A stretch of DNA of 63,061 bases, the filler included, from Nemertoderma westbladi (taxonomy: Eukaryota; Animalia; Xenacoelomorpha), in NCBI GenBank assembly GCA_032718475.1. It is 3 parts of 3 records of this genome, joined end to end, with 100 filler letters (N's around TTAATTAATTAA, not from the genome) between each part and the next. Parts side by side here need not be neighbours in the genome. Positions count along the whole stretch, not along the records: positions 12,108 to 39,027 come from JAUCBJ010007208.1; 2 more parts are not named here. The stretch is one strand, 5' to 3'. The position numbers and the translations under genes were made by a program. The notes under the pieces are model-generated. The model made no database searches. It saw nothing but the letters and a program-made list of their open reading frames with translations, and was not told the origin of the DNA. Shown piece after piece: positions 12,506 to 23,382 of this stretch (the stretch's first letter is position 1; the number at the start of each line of letters is the position of its first letter).

Positions 12506-13579
12506 CTACATCCATACCCTGATAGTTGTACCTATTCCAGTACTTATTATATTGATAATGGACATTATTTGTGCCCGAAATATATTTATAATATCTGAAC
12601 TGAACATATAATTAATAATTGAATCATTACCGGTAATGAAATTTAGATCTGAGATTATATTTGCGACCTTTTGTTGGCTAGACGGGATGATTGATAAGGA
12701 TTTTGATTGGATTACGACTTTTATCCACTCTCGTATAGGGATGCTTTCCTCTAGTTGGACTATTATTGCGCCATAATCCTGTTGTTTATAAGCCAAAAGA
12801 TACCCATAGAGACAGGAGTAGATACCGCAATCATAGCCGTTTGACTGTATTGGGAGGAATGGTTGGGCTGTAATAGGACGCCATCTATTGAGAAGCCTCC
12901 CCTGGTTGGCTGGAGAGATATCATCGATCGTGTTCAGCACGTTACAAATTTTCGAAGAAGTTGAGGTCGGGTAAATGTTTCCCAGGGAGCAATATGTTAC
13001 CATCTCTCGGTCTCTGACGTTAGCTGCGTGTAAAGTGAAGTGATTGCTTTTCCACTCAGGGGCCAGCAGGTAGACAGGTGTTGTAGGGCTGCAGGTTTTA
13101 AGGTAGTGTTGGGCTGATCGGTATTGATTTGCGCAAATCTTTACAGCTGAAACCATGTTAAACTCGTCCGTATTGATGTAAGATCCTAAGGCTGATGATA
13201 CTGAAAAAGTAGCCCCGTCACATTGTGTGTTTGCAGTGTGATGATCTAAAATGCTTAGAAACTCGTCAATGATTGAGCTGGTTATCCAAGTTCCTGGCTT
13301 AAGAGAGTCCAAATCGATTGCATCGGATTTTGTTAGCTTAACTTTAGATTTTATATCGTTTGAAGAGAGGAATTGCGCTATTCGATCTTGTATTGAAGTT
13401 GGGTTGTTGGGATTATAGGAGTTAACTTGTGAAAAGGGATCCAAGATAACGCTCTCGTTAGACAGATCGGAACTCTCGGAAATAGACTTGCTACTGGAAG
13501 CACCATTGTCGACAAAAGAGGGGATAGACTGTAATTCTTTCTCCTTGAAACTTATATTGAAACAGGTTCCGTCCTCCAT
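12506..13579 (-). CDS. Ulp1/SENP-like cysteine protease (peptidase C48) domain ORF, possibly transposon-borne or one exon of a larger gene
   Basis: DLDSLKPGTWITSSIIDEFL, NHFTL (catalytic His), YCSLG, QSNGYDCGIY (oxyanion Gln and catalytic Cys). Confidence 0.7.
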   Translation of the reverse strand: MEDGTCFNISFKEKELQSIPSFVDNGASSSKSISESSDLSNESVILDPFSQVNSYNPNNPTSIQDRIAQFLSSNDIKSKVKLTKSDAIDLDSLKPGTWITSSIIDEFLSILDHHTANTQCDGATFSVSSALGSYINTDEFNMVSAVKICANQYRSAQHYLKTCSPTTPVYLLAPEWKSNHFTLHAANVRDREMVTYCSLGNIYPTSTSSKICNVLNTIDDISPANQGRLLNRWRPITAQPFLPIQSNGYDCGIYSCLYGYLLAYKQQDYGAIIVQLEESIPIREWIKVVIQSKSLSIIPSSQQKVANIISDLNFITGNDSIINYMFSSDIINIFRAQIMSIINIISTGIGTTIRVWM

Positions 13580-14143
13580 TATGTCGTTGATCTTGAATAT
13601 ACGATTATAACATCGTATGCCAACCGGACAAACTCGATAATGATACTATCGCGTATGTATTATTATTATTATACTAAATACCACTAGTAACATTTAAAGT
13701 TATTTTCCTATGTATATTGTTATAACACTACTAATATAACTAATGCCTTGGGAGAAGTGTTATTCAGAGAAAATGATTTAACCATCTCTTAGCCACGAGT
13801 AAAGGTGGGATTATAGAGTGTGACCTGTGTGGAGTACTTTTATGATAATTGAAGATGGTAGAACGAACTTAGATCCCTGTTGTTTTCGACCTACCGAGAT
13901 GTGTCCGAGAGTTAGGGTTAGAAAATTATAATTTTTGGAAACTGACAGTTAAATATCTGAAATGAAGCACCCAACAATTGTGGTAAGTATGGAAAAAATT
14001 GAGAAACATTGAAGCAGTTTCAAACACAAAACAAAAATTTATGTATTCTTAGCGGAACTCCATAAATTAATCCAGAAAGTTCATGAAATGTTACGTTATG
14101 TTGAGTACAGCCATGGTTGTCATGATAACTAAAGATATATAAG

Positions 14144-14774
14144 AATAACTATTTACATACTTGTGTGTAAAGTAGCACTTTACAGTGTGATGATCCGAGT
14201 GGCTTTGTTACACGAACGAACGTTAGTGAGTGAGTTAAAATAAAGCCACGAGGATCAGAACACTGTAAAGTACTTTGCAACAAGTATGTATGTAGTTTTA
14301 TTCCAAAATTTTAACATTACGAAATGATTGTATATATACATTATAAATGATAGAAACTGCACAAATTATATTAGTTGCTGTATAAATAAATGTAAAAATG
14401 ACATAAATTATGTTATAAAAAAATTAGCTTCTATTTATGGTGTCGTTTGCAGCCATGTTATAATAATATAGCTAGGCCCTACTGGTTATTAATAGCTATA
14501 CCCCGCCTACCAGTAGGTAATGCAGTAGGCATATCTGGCTGTCAGGCAAATTTCCACATATTGTTTACGAGGTAACCATGTCGGCGTTAAGTAATGTCCA
14601 CTAGGGGGACATTACTTAACGCCATCATGGTTACCACTTAAACAATAACACCAAATACAATACTAAATGTACAGGCCAATACAATGCTGTAATGTCCTCT
14701 AAAGTTGTAAAGTGCTAAATAACAACTCACTGTTAATACTAACGGCGTTGAGTAATGTTAAAGTTTGGAATAAA
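14144..14774 (+). mobile_element. ~630-bp non-autonomous hairpin-rich element (Crypton-like), copy A
   Basis: Homologous to the reverse-oriented copy at 52928-59757; 5' imperfect hairpin, internal hairpin, and end gtaatgttaaagtttggaataaa complementary to internal tttattccaaaattttaacattac; Crypton assignment is inference. Confidence 0.75.
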
Positions 14775-15241
14775 GTATTTTACGCTCCAGAAACAAAATT
14801 TAACGCCTTATGATCTATCTATCTATTAATACTTGATTGCTAGAGGTGAAATTTCGAGATTCATTTTTAAAGAAATCATATATTTTTGTCTCTAAAGCGA
14901 CATTGTAAGTGCAGTATATTATATTATCCATTTACCGACAAACATTTTCTGGCAATGAAATTTAGTATTCAAAACTATGTCTAATAACAAAATAAAATAA
15001 GAATTATTCAAATACCTTAAACAGGATCCGAGATACAGCATGGGATTCTGTGTAATAATTATTAATAATAATTTTTAAACTCAATATAAAATAACATTTA
15101 TAAAATGAGATAAATTCATAAAATTTCATTATATTAATTATTAATAAATAATCAAATTGGAACAAAATTATGTAATTTTATAATAAACATGTTATATAAG
15201 TGAACTAAGTACATTAATCTAAACAAACAAAAATTATACCT

Positions 15242-16348
15242 TCACAAAACTCTAATTTTCATTTCGACAGTATCCATAGGTACATAGCTGTTACTGAATG
15301 TGTACCAAAAAGGTCCCTTGAGATTCGCATCCCCATAGACACCGTTAAGATTGGAGGCAGTGCATTTCCGATACCACCACGCCCCCTGGCGGACGATAGC
15401 GCAGTTTCCAGTAGAAGCCGCGTGATCTTGATCCATGGTAGAAAAATGGTATCCATTGAGGTATGCCAGCCCATCGGAACTCTGATAAAGTATAGAGTCG
15501 CCAGCGGTGCCGCTGTACCCGGATATATGTAGGGTATAATAGTCGTGAGAACCACCGAGACGGAAGAAATTGTACTCTGCAAACTTGTGCTGCCCTTTGT
15601 ACCAGAGGTCCACCCTCAGGTGTACCCCATCTTTGGTTAGTTTGTAGATATTCTCGAGTCCCAACCAGAATTCCTTTTGGAGATTCCCGAATCCGGCTAC
15701 GTACTTCTGCCAACCCTGGTAGAAATCCTGGGACCCGTCTACCCGCCTCTGTATTACAATCCAGGGTCCTCCGGGCACTTTGTTGTCGCATCGAAGTAAA
15801 CCGTTCAATCCGTTTGGGTCGCTGACGATAGCTGTGGTGTCTACCGGGGTATTTACGCAAATTAACGCGGAGTGGAGTTGCATCAATAGATCGTCAATCT
15901 TTCCTGTTAATTCGTCGTTTAAGTCAGAATTCTTCTTGGTCAAGTTTAGAATCTCTTTCTCATAAAATTCGTCCAATTCCAATATGCGCTCATCCAACTT
16001 CACAACATCTCCATCGAATTTCTTAATACTTTCAGCAACATTATTATTTTGAATCGCGATATTTGATTCAAGTTCTTTTTTGTAGGTAATCATTATCACA
16101 AACAAGGTTGTTATACCGGCTAGCATAATGACAGCTACTACAGCACCAGCAACTCCAACACAACATGTACTTCTCCCCGACTTTCTCTCTTTTAGATTAA
16201 CTTTCTCATTCTCAACTCCGCTCTCCTTCGATATAATCGGCCTCCCATCTAGATTATTCGGCGGTATTTCATAAGTATCGTCTTCTTCCTTGTTGATTTC
16301 CGTCATCTGAATTGTTGCATCGTAGTTCGCGTTATAGTAGGACGCCAT
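15242..16348 (-). CDS. Type II membrane fibrinogen-related domain (FReD) protein with FIBCD1-like architecture, intronless
   Basis: Hydrophobic segment GVAGAVVAVIMLAGITTLFVIMI, coiled coil, then GGPWIVIQRRVDGSQDFYQGWQKY..GFG...EFWLGLENIY, GTAGDS, FSTMDQD, GAWWY..C..SNLNG, EMKIR. Confidence 0.92.
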   Translation of the reverse strand: MASYYNANYDATIQMTEINKEEDDTYEIPPNNLDGRPIISKESGVENEKVNLKERKSGRSTCCVGVAGAVVAVIMLAGITTLFVIMITYKKELESNIAIQNNNVAESIKKFDGDVVKLDERILELDEFYEKEILNLTKKNSDLNDELTGKIDDLLMQLHSALICVNTPVDTTAIVSDPNGLNGLLRCDNKVPGGPWIVIQRRVDGSQDFYQGWQKYVAGFGNLQKEFWLGLENIYKLTKDGVHLRVDLWYKGQHKFAEYNFFRLGGSHDYYTLHISGYSGTAGDSILYQSSDGLAYLNGYHFSTMDQDHAASTGNCAIVRQGAWWYRKCTASNLNGVYGDANLKGPFWYTFSNSYVPMDTVEMKIRVL

Positions 16349-16569
16349 TAAGTGTAATAAATTAATTATTTTTTTTAAATAAACTTTGAATTGTATTAGA
16401 ATGAGAGCTTGAAATATTACCTTGTTATTAATCTTTAAGTAATGCTCCCTAATGAATTTATATTCGGTTCTTTTTTTTCACAAAATCATAAAATTCGAAA
16501 ATTCAGATTTTCTACAAATAATTGTTTCATGTAACAAATCACTAGCTTGGGCATCCATCAGACATCGAG

Positions 16570-16735
16570 GTCAGCCCTACAAGGAAAATAAATGACAAGA
16601 CACTACCTATAGAAACATGGGACTTCACACCTGCCGAAATCTAAAGAAGCATTAAAAGCATGTCCAATATTAAAGCGAGTGGATTATATGAAATTCCAGC
16701 GGAGGTATGGAAAACCGGAGTGTAAACAACGATTT
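16570..16735 (+). mobile_element. RTE-like LINE fragment
   Basis: Translates as DKTLPIETWDFTPAEI*RSIKSMSNIKASGLYEIPAEVWKTG, resembling the pre-RT KA.G.D.IP.EVWK motif. Confidence 0.55.
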
Positions 16736-16797
16736 AGTTGGAGTTAAAAATAACGGGACCACATCACTCCGGTGCTGATGGCCCTTCACTGGGGAAA

Positions 16798-17965
16798 TCA
16801 ATCCCACGATATCGCCTAGAGACGTATGGGAGACGTGCATTCTCGGTAGCCTCTCCTACAGTGTGGAACTCAATCCCACGATATCGACTATAGACGTATG
16901 GGAGACGTGCATTCTCCGTAGCCGCTCCTACAGTGTGGAACTCAATCCCAGGATATCGACTATAGACGTATGGGAGACGTGCATTCTCGGTAGCCGCTCC
17001 TACAGTGTGGAACTCAATCCCACGATATCGCCTATAGACGTATGGGAGACGTGCATTCTCCGTAGCCGCTCCTACAGTGTGGAACTCAATCCCACGATAT
17101 CGACTATAGACGTATGGGAGACGTGCATTCTCGGTAGCCGCTCCTACAGTGTGGAACTCAATCCCACGATATCGCCTATAGACGTATGGGAGACGTGCAT
17201 TCTCCGTAGCCGCTCCTACAGTGTGGAACTCAATCCCACGATATCGCCTATAGACGTATGGGAGACGTGCATTCTCCGTAGCCGCTCCTACAGTGTGGAA
17301 CTCAATCCCACGATATCGCCTATAGACGTATGGGAGACGTGCATTCTCCGTAGCCGCTCCTACAGTGTGGAACTCAATCCCACGATATCGCCTATAGACG
17401 TATGGGAGACGTGCATTCTCGGTAGCCGCTCCAACAGTGTGGAACTCAATCCCACGATATCGCCTATAGACGTATGGGAGACGTGCATTCTCGGTAGCCG
17501 CTCCTACAGTGTGGAACTCAATCCCACGATATCGCCTATAGACGTATGGGAGATGTGCATTCTCGGTAGCCGCTCCTACAGTGTGGAACTCAATCCCACG
17601 ATATCGCCTAGAGACGTATGGGAGACGTGCATTCTCGGTAGCCGCTCCCACAGTGTGGAAATCAATCCCACGATATCGCCTATAGACGTATGGGAGACGT
17701 GCATTCTCGGTAGCCGCTCCTACTGTGTGGAACTCAATTCCACGATATCGCCTATAGACGTACGGGAGACGTGCATTCTCGGTACAGTAGCCGCTCCTAC
17801 AATGTGGAACTCAATCCCACGATATCGCCTATAGACGTATGGGAGATGTGCATTCTCGGTAGCCGCTCCTACAGTGTGGAACTCAATCCCACGATATCGC
17901 CTATAGACGTATGGGAGATGTGCATTCTCGGTAGCCGCTCCTACAGTGTGGAACTCAATCCCACG
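16798..17965 (+). repeat. 72-bp tandem array, left part (~16 units)
   Basis: Unit gtgtggaactcaatcccacgatatcgcctatagacgtatgggagacgtgcattctcggtagccgctcctaca. Confidence 0.97.
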
Positions 17966-18233
17966 TCATGTGATTATCTTTGTAATAACATTAAGGTCTG
18001 AACCATAACACCATTGTCACATATATTATTACACATATATAGCAGTATAGATATGGGCCTACAACTATTGGTGCCGGCACTTCCTGTGCCTGACATAGTA
18101 TACCGTTACAGTGTTACTGACTCACAACACAGTATTATATATATACATACCGGTAGCATGTCTGCATGTCATATATTAATAACCACCACCAGATAACGGG
18201 GGAGGGGGGCATATTCTCAATGGGAATACATCA
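17966..18233 (-). repeat. Gypsy 3' LTR (268 bp)
   Basis: Direct repeat of 23383-23654. Confidence 0.95.
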
Positions 18234-18512
18234 TCTCCCTTTCAAGCTATAAATATTATACTTCTTCATCGATAATATTTATTGCTTTACTAAAACAATA
18301 TTTTTTATTTTTATTGCAATAATTATAATATAACTATTAGTACTGGTTATTTATTTATGAGTACATATCTCCCTTTCAAGCTAAAATATTTTTTATACGC
18401 ATTTAGTTTTAAAAATATTATTTTTGCTTAATTTGAAAAAAGTTTTGTTTCAGTTTCAAGTAAAATAAAGGACATCTCCAGTACAATTATTTGATCATTA
18501 AAATACTTAATT

Positions 18513-21500
18513 TCAATCAAACTTAAAGCGAACTGTGTTTTTCTTAATGCGTGTACTACGCCGTAAATTTACTGTAGTATCAGAATCCGAGATAGATGGA
18601 TTAACGCTTTCACCCGACGTATTACTGTATGATGGGCGGAGGAAACGTCTATTTCGCCAGATAACTTGTCCTGATGGTAACCGTACATCATAGTCGCGGT
18701 GTGTCCCTATTTCTGCGACGATCCCGGTTTTGGACCATCTTTTAGTTTTTGGGTTCTGAATGAGAACCCTGGTTCCTGGTTCGAGTACCGGGAGATCGCG
18801 AGCATTCCGGTTGTATCGAATCTCGGCCTTCTTTGATTCCCTCCAAGCGACCTCGTTTGCCGAATGGGCCTGTTGTTGCCACTCTTTAGCAAACGATCTG
18901 TAGTGTGCTGGAACCTGTGAACGGAGCGGGTGGCCGTAAACTATTTGGGAAGGTGAACGGCCGTCTATTCTTGGAGAATTCCGAAGTTCTAGAAGGCCAC
19001 GTAAAAACGGTTCAGTGTCTATACGCCCGTCATCGGCTTTGGCCACGAGGTTTTTCAAAATCCGCACATTAACCTCGGCGTGTCCATTCGATTGGGGGTA
19101 GTATGGTGTGGATGGCTCCCAACGAACGCCCCAGCGACAAAGAAAATGGCGAAATTCTTTGGACTGGTATTGGGGCCCCCCGTCCGAACGCATGCGAACG
19201 GGTACTCCGGTTTGCACAAAATATTGACGGACCTGTGCAATAACCTGGGAGGCCGATGGGTCGGATGCCCATCTGGCTATGAATGGGAACCCTGAGAGTC
19301 TATCCACGTATGTAAGATAACATTTTCCACCATAGTAGAAAAGGTCTGAAGAGACCGATTCAAAAATTCTAGATGGTGGGGGATCAGCAAAGTATGTTTC
19401 TTTATGGTTGCTAGGCAACCGTTCTTGACATTTAGAACATTGTCTGACTCTATTAGTGAGGTCACTGTTGATTCCAGGCCAGTAAACTGATTCACGTGAT
19501 CGTCGCTTCATCCGCTCAATACCTTGATGGGAGTCATGTAAACGGTCAATGACCTCTTTACGGAGTGTTTTAGGAATAATTAATCGTCGGCCAAATATGA
19601 CAAGGTTATCGTCTATAGACAATTCATTCCATGTACCCTTCAGCTGTTGTACAAACGAGTTATTAGTAAATGGGAGTGTGAAGTTAGATTTTACAGCATT
19701 AATTAGAGCCTGATAATCCTCATCAGTTGTGGCAACGTTGTTAATTTTCTCTAGAATAGGATCAACATATGGCGGCGATCGATTAAAGTCTGAGTCATCT
19801 AAGGCTGTAACTGCAGCTTGTATAGCAATGGCAGAAATATTCTTCATTATTATCCCCTCATTTTCGTCCTCCATGTCAGGATCTGAAACGGGGGCACGGG
19901 AAAGAGCATCGGCGATACAGTGGTCCTTCCCTTTTCGCCATATTAAATTGAAATTATATTCGCTAAGTTTCATTTTAAAATTCTGAATTCGGACATTTTC
20001 CACCATATCAAGAGTATGAGTATTAAAAATCGGCAAGAGGGGGCAGTGATCCGTGATTACTGTGTAATTGGGTAAACCAGACAAATACATTCTGCATTTA
20101 CGAGTCGCCCACAAGATTGCGAGGGCTTCTAACTCAATAGTAGCATATCGAGTTTCCGCTTCGGTGAGGAATCTAGATCCGCATTGAAGTAATCTAAAAC
20201 TGTCTGAATTGTTTAGTCTTTGTAGTAATGCAAATCCTAGACCTTTGGTACGTGACGCATCAGTTTCTAATACTATCTCTGATTTTGGGTTGAACGTTGT
20301 TAAAATAGGGGGGGCTGCAAGGGCTTTTTTAACCTCATTAAATGCAGTTTTATGATTTTCAGTCCAAATAAAATCATTCCTCATCTTCATTATATCACGG
20401 AGAGGACTAGCAGCACTACTGATTTCATTCGAAAAGGGTGCCAATTGCTGGACCAGTCCCATAAATGATCTCAATTCAGATCGATTAGTGGGTGTTGGAA
20501 ACTGTGATATTGCATCCACTTTATTGGGGTCAGCCTTAATTCCACAATCAGTGACTATGTATCCAGCAAACTTGACTTCACTTTTAGCAAATTTGAATTT
20601 CTGCACATTTAATGTTATGTTGTGTTTGGCACAACGTTCTAGAACAGTACATATTCTGTCGGTATGTATCTTAAAATCATTATCCTCAACCAAAATGTCA
20701 TCCACCAGTCTGTGAATATTTTCTATATCTGACAATACCAAATCATTTCTTAAATTATAAGAATCTCCGGTATTAATATAACCCATAGGTGCACGGAGAA
20801 AAATAAACCGTCCCCAGGGCGTTATAAAACAGGTCAGGTCTCTAGCCTCTGGGTGTAGATCGACTTGCCAATATCCTTTTTTGGCATCTAAGACGGTAAA
20901 ATATTTGGATGTTGGGGAAATGTCAGCTACAACATTAAGAGGTGGATTTGTTGGGTGGATTACCCTCTTTACCTGTCTATTAAGGTTTGTGAGATCCACG
21001 CACATTCGAATCCCTCCGTTAGGTTTATTTGCCACAACGAGTGGATGGCACCACTCGGTGGGGCAGTCACCGACTGGTTCAATTATACCACCAGCAACCA
21101 TGTCATCCAGCTCCTTCTTCACTTGTTCCCTCCTTGCAAAGGGAATAGATCGAGCTGCATGAACTGCAAAGGGTTTAAAATCCGCTTTTAACTCGATCCT
21201 CATGGGATCACCAATAGTAGAGCCTACCATGCTCCGCAGTTCAATATTTGAATCAAAAACTGTTGTATAATGTTTAATTAACTCCTCGCGAATATTTGTT
21301 ATTTCATTGTCGGAAGGATTTTTAGGTAAGTTATTTATCCACTTTGTGCGGGAGGTTTGTACAAAAATAGGTTGAGATCCCTTTTTAAATTTGGGTGTAT
21401 CAAGGTCTGTTTTAGATTGACAACCAGAGCATAGGTGAGTCGCAGTTCTCATTTCACTGCATAATGGAGGGGGTTTTGGAAAACTCCAAGGAACAATACC

Positions 21501-23129
21501 TAGTTTTTTGCATGTATTGAGGGACAGATACATAAATTCAACATCTTGACATATTTTTACTTCCTCAATGACCTGTCTACCTTCTAGAACTATACAAAAT
21601 GTAATACAACCCAACTGTTTTAATACTTTCCCATTTACACTCACCAGTTTCTCCTCGCTGGGTGGATTAATGTTGGCGATGTCAATTCCCTGGTTATGGA
21701 GCAGCTCTATACCGGCAACGGTACACTGGGAACCGGTATCAGGAATTGCAGATTGGTCTCCAACTGACTTCTTTGTTACATGGTCGAATAACGTTACTGA
21801 GACGTATGGAGTAGCGGAATGCCTAACCGTGGCGATGTGGATGGCGGATGAGGGTTTTGGAGAACTGCTACGGTTCCAGTTATTACTGCCGAAATTCGAT
21901 TTATTTCGACACACTTGCGCAAAGTGATGGGATTTGTGACAGTATGAGCACGTTTTTCCCTTTGCCGGGCACTCCTTGCCACCATAGTGTTTATCGTAAC
22001 CACATTTAGTGCAGGAATCCGCTTGAGGGCCTCGTGAACTTGACGGGTTCCTATTCCTGCTCTTCGATCGATATCGGCCCTTATATTTTTTCTTACCAGT
22101 AGTTTGGTTTGTGGATGAAGCAGCTGTCAACATTGAAGATTTATTACTCGACCCAGCCAGTACATTTTTCACCTTGACTCGATGTATTCTTGCAGCTTCT
22201 TCACTGCGGCAAAATTTTACGGTTTCATCGTGGTTCAATGCTGGAAATTTACCCAATAAATCTTGTCGAATTTCTTCATTTTGTATGCCGACAGTTATTA
22301 AGGTTGACATCCACTCATCGTGCCCCATGGAACGTAACCCCGCTGTAGCAGCAGATTCGCATAGATGGGTATAGAAGTCATCGAAACTCTCGCCGTCTTG
22401 TTGTCGGCATAAGGTAAGCTCCAACCGATCCAAGGCGACATTCTGTTTACCTCGTAGATATGTTTCGAACATGTCCAAAACTTCTTCTAAACAGAGGTCA
22501 GTGTCTTGTGGAACGTGTACCACGTGTTCCATCTTAGACAAAAGCAGAGGTGTGCAGTAGCCAAAAAATGCCGAGACTTGTTCGTCACGTGGTTGCTTGT
22601 TAAGCTGGACCACCTTAGCATAATTTCTCCACGATTTCCTCCACCGATTAAAACTTTTAATTGTGACGTCATCATCAAGAATCGGGGGTTTATTTACTGG
22701 AGCTCGTGGAGCATTGGCGGTCGGTTGGCTACCGGTACCTACTGCCCCCGGTATGGGATCAGTAGCAATAGGCCCGACGTTACCTACCGGTACTCTAGGA
22801 GGTGTCGGTACCTGACTAGATAAAGTTACAACAACAGACCTATATTTAATCATATTGGAGGAACATAAATCAAAATTGTCTTCCTCCGTATCACAGTCGA
22901 TATCGTGTTCCTGTAAAACCAAAATGGAATCACCTATTTTATCGAAGGCAACCTCAACTTTACCTAGCAATAGTTGCAAATTTTGAATTACGGCTGCAGG
23001 CCTATCATTTGGGCTGACAGCATGGATATCATTGAACATTGCTTCCAGTTGATTTACTAAACGGATGTAGTTTGCCTTGAAGCCGGAGTGGCTCTTTTTT
23101 AGCCGCCTCAACAACTCCTGGTCCGCCAT
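18513..23129 (-). CDS. Gypsy Gag-Pol polyprotein in a single ORF: Gag with two Zn knuckles, protease, RT, RNase H, integrase
   Basis: CTKCGYDKH..C and CSYCHKSHHFAQVC; DTGS; LDAKKGYWQ and LVDD; TDAS; HDSH..CSKC; SDLF, SDGG, GHAE; first ATG at 23129 (the track starts at TTG 23138). Confidence 0.96.
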   Translation of the reverse strand: MADQELLRRLKKSHSGFKANYIRLVNQLEAMFNDIHAVSPNDRPAAVIQNLQLLLGKVEVAFDKIGDSILVLQEHDIDCDTEEDNFDLCSSNMIKYRSVVVTLSSQVPTPPRVPVGNVGPIATDPIPGAVGTGSQPTANAPRAPVNKPPILDDDVTIKSFNRWRKSWRNYAKVVQLNKQPRDEQVSAFFGYCTPLLLSKMEHVVHVPQDTDLCLEEVLDMFETYLRGKQNVALDRLELTLCRQQDGESFDDFYTHLCESAATAGLRSMGHDEWMSTLITVGIQNEEIRQDLLGKFPALNHDETVKFCRSEEAARIHRVKVKNVLAGSSNKSSMLTAASSTNQTTGKKKYKGRYRSKSRNRNPSSSRGPQADSCTKCGYDKHYGGKECPAKGKTCSYCHKSHHFAQVCRNKSNFGSNNWNRSSSPKPSSAIHIATVRHSATPYVSVTLFDHVTKKSVGDQSAIPDTGSQCTVAGIELLHNQGIDIANINPPSEEKLVSVNGKVLKQLGCITFCIVLEGRQVIEEVKICQDVEFMYLSLNTCKKLGIVPWSFPKPPPLCSEMRTATHLCSGCQSKTDLDTPKFKKGSQPIFVQTSRTKWINNLPKNPSDNEITNIREELIKHYTTVFDSNIELRSMVGSTIGDPMRIELKADFKPFAVHAARSIPFARREQVKKELDDMVAGGIIEPVGDCPTEWCHPLVVANKPNGGIRMCVDLTNLNRQVKRVIHPTNPPLNVVADISPTSKYFTVLDAKKGYWQVDLHPEARDLTCFITPWGRFIFLRAPMGYINTGDSYNLRNDLVLSDIENIHRLVDDILVEDNDFKIHTDRICTVLERCAKHNITLNVQKFKFAKSEVKFAGYIVTDCGIKADPNKVDAISQFPTPTNRSELRSFMGLVQQLAPFSNEISSAASPLRDIMKMRNDFIWTENHKTAFNEVKKALAAPPILTTFNPKSEIVLETDASRTKGLGFALLQRLNNSDSFRLLQCGSRFLTEAETRYATIELEALAILWATRKCRMYLSGLPNYTVITDHCPLLPIFNTHTLDMVENVRIQNFKMKLSEYNFNLIWRKGKDHCIADALSRAPVSDPDMEDENEGIIMKNISAIAIQAAVTALDDSDFNRSPPYVDPILEKINNVATTDEDYQALINAVKSNFTLPFTNNSFVQQLKGTWNELSIDDNLVIFGRRLIIPKTLRKEVIDRLHDSHQGIERMKRRSRESVYWPGINSDLTNRVRQCSKCQERLPSNHKETYFADPPPSRIFESVSSDLFYYGGKCYLTYVDRLSGFPFIARWASDPSASQVIAQVRQYFVQTGVPVRMRSDGGPQYQSKEFRHFLCRWGVRWEPSTPYYPQSNGHAEVNVRILKNLVAKADDGRIDTEPFLRGLLELRNSPRIDGRSPSQIVYGHPLRSQVPAHYRSFAKEWQQQAHSANEVAWRESKKAEIRYNRNARDLPVLEPGTRVLIQNPKTKRWSKTGIVAEIGTHRDYDVRLPSGQVIWRNRRFLRPSYSNTSGESVNPSISDSDTTVNLRRSTRIKKNTVRFKFD

Positions 23130-23382
23130 TGCAATCAAATCTGTCTTTAGATAGATTTACGGCAGTTACCGGTAATTTAAATTGTGAATAGGTTTTTACT
23201 ATTCACACATTCCAACATTCACCCGACAGTAAGGTCTGCAACGTCAGTCAGTTCTGACGTACCGGGGCAGGGCTAAACAAAAACGCATATCAGCATCAGA
23301 TATCGCGGTAGGCCTAATTCGGTAATTAGAGCAGTTCAGTAGTTGCAGGTTCAGTCAGTTCAGATCCTACACATCTGCGCCA

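Noticed and set aside
13911-13922. TTAGGGTTAG as an interstitial telomere repeat
   Set aside because: Under two units; expected by chance
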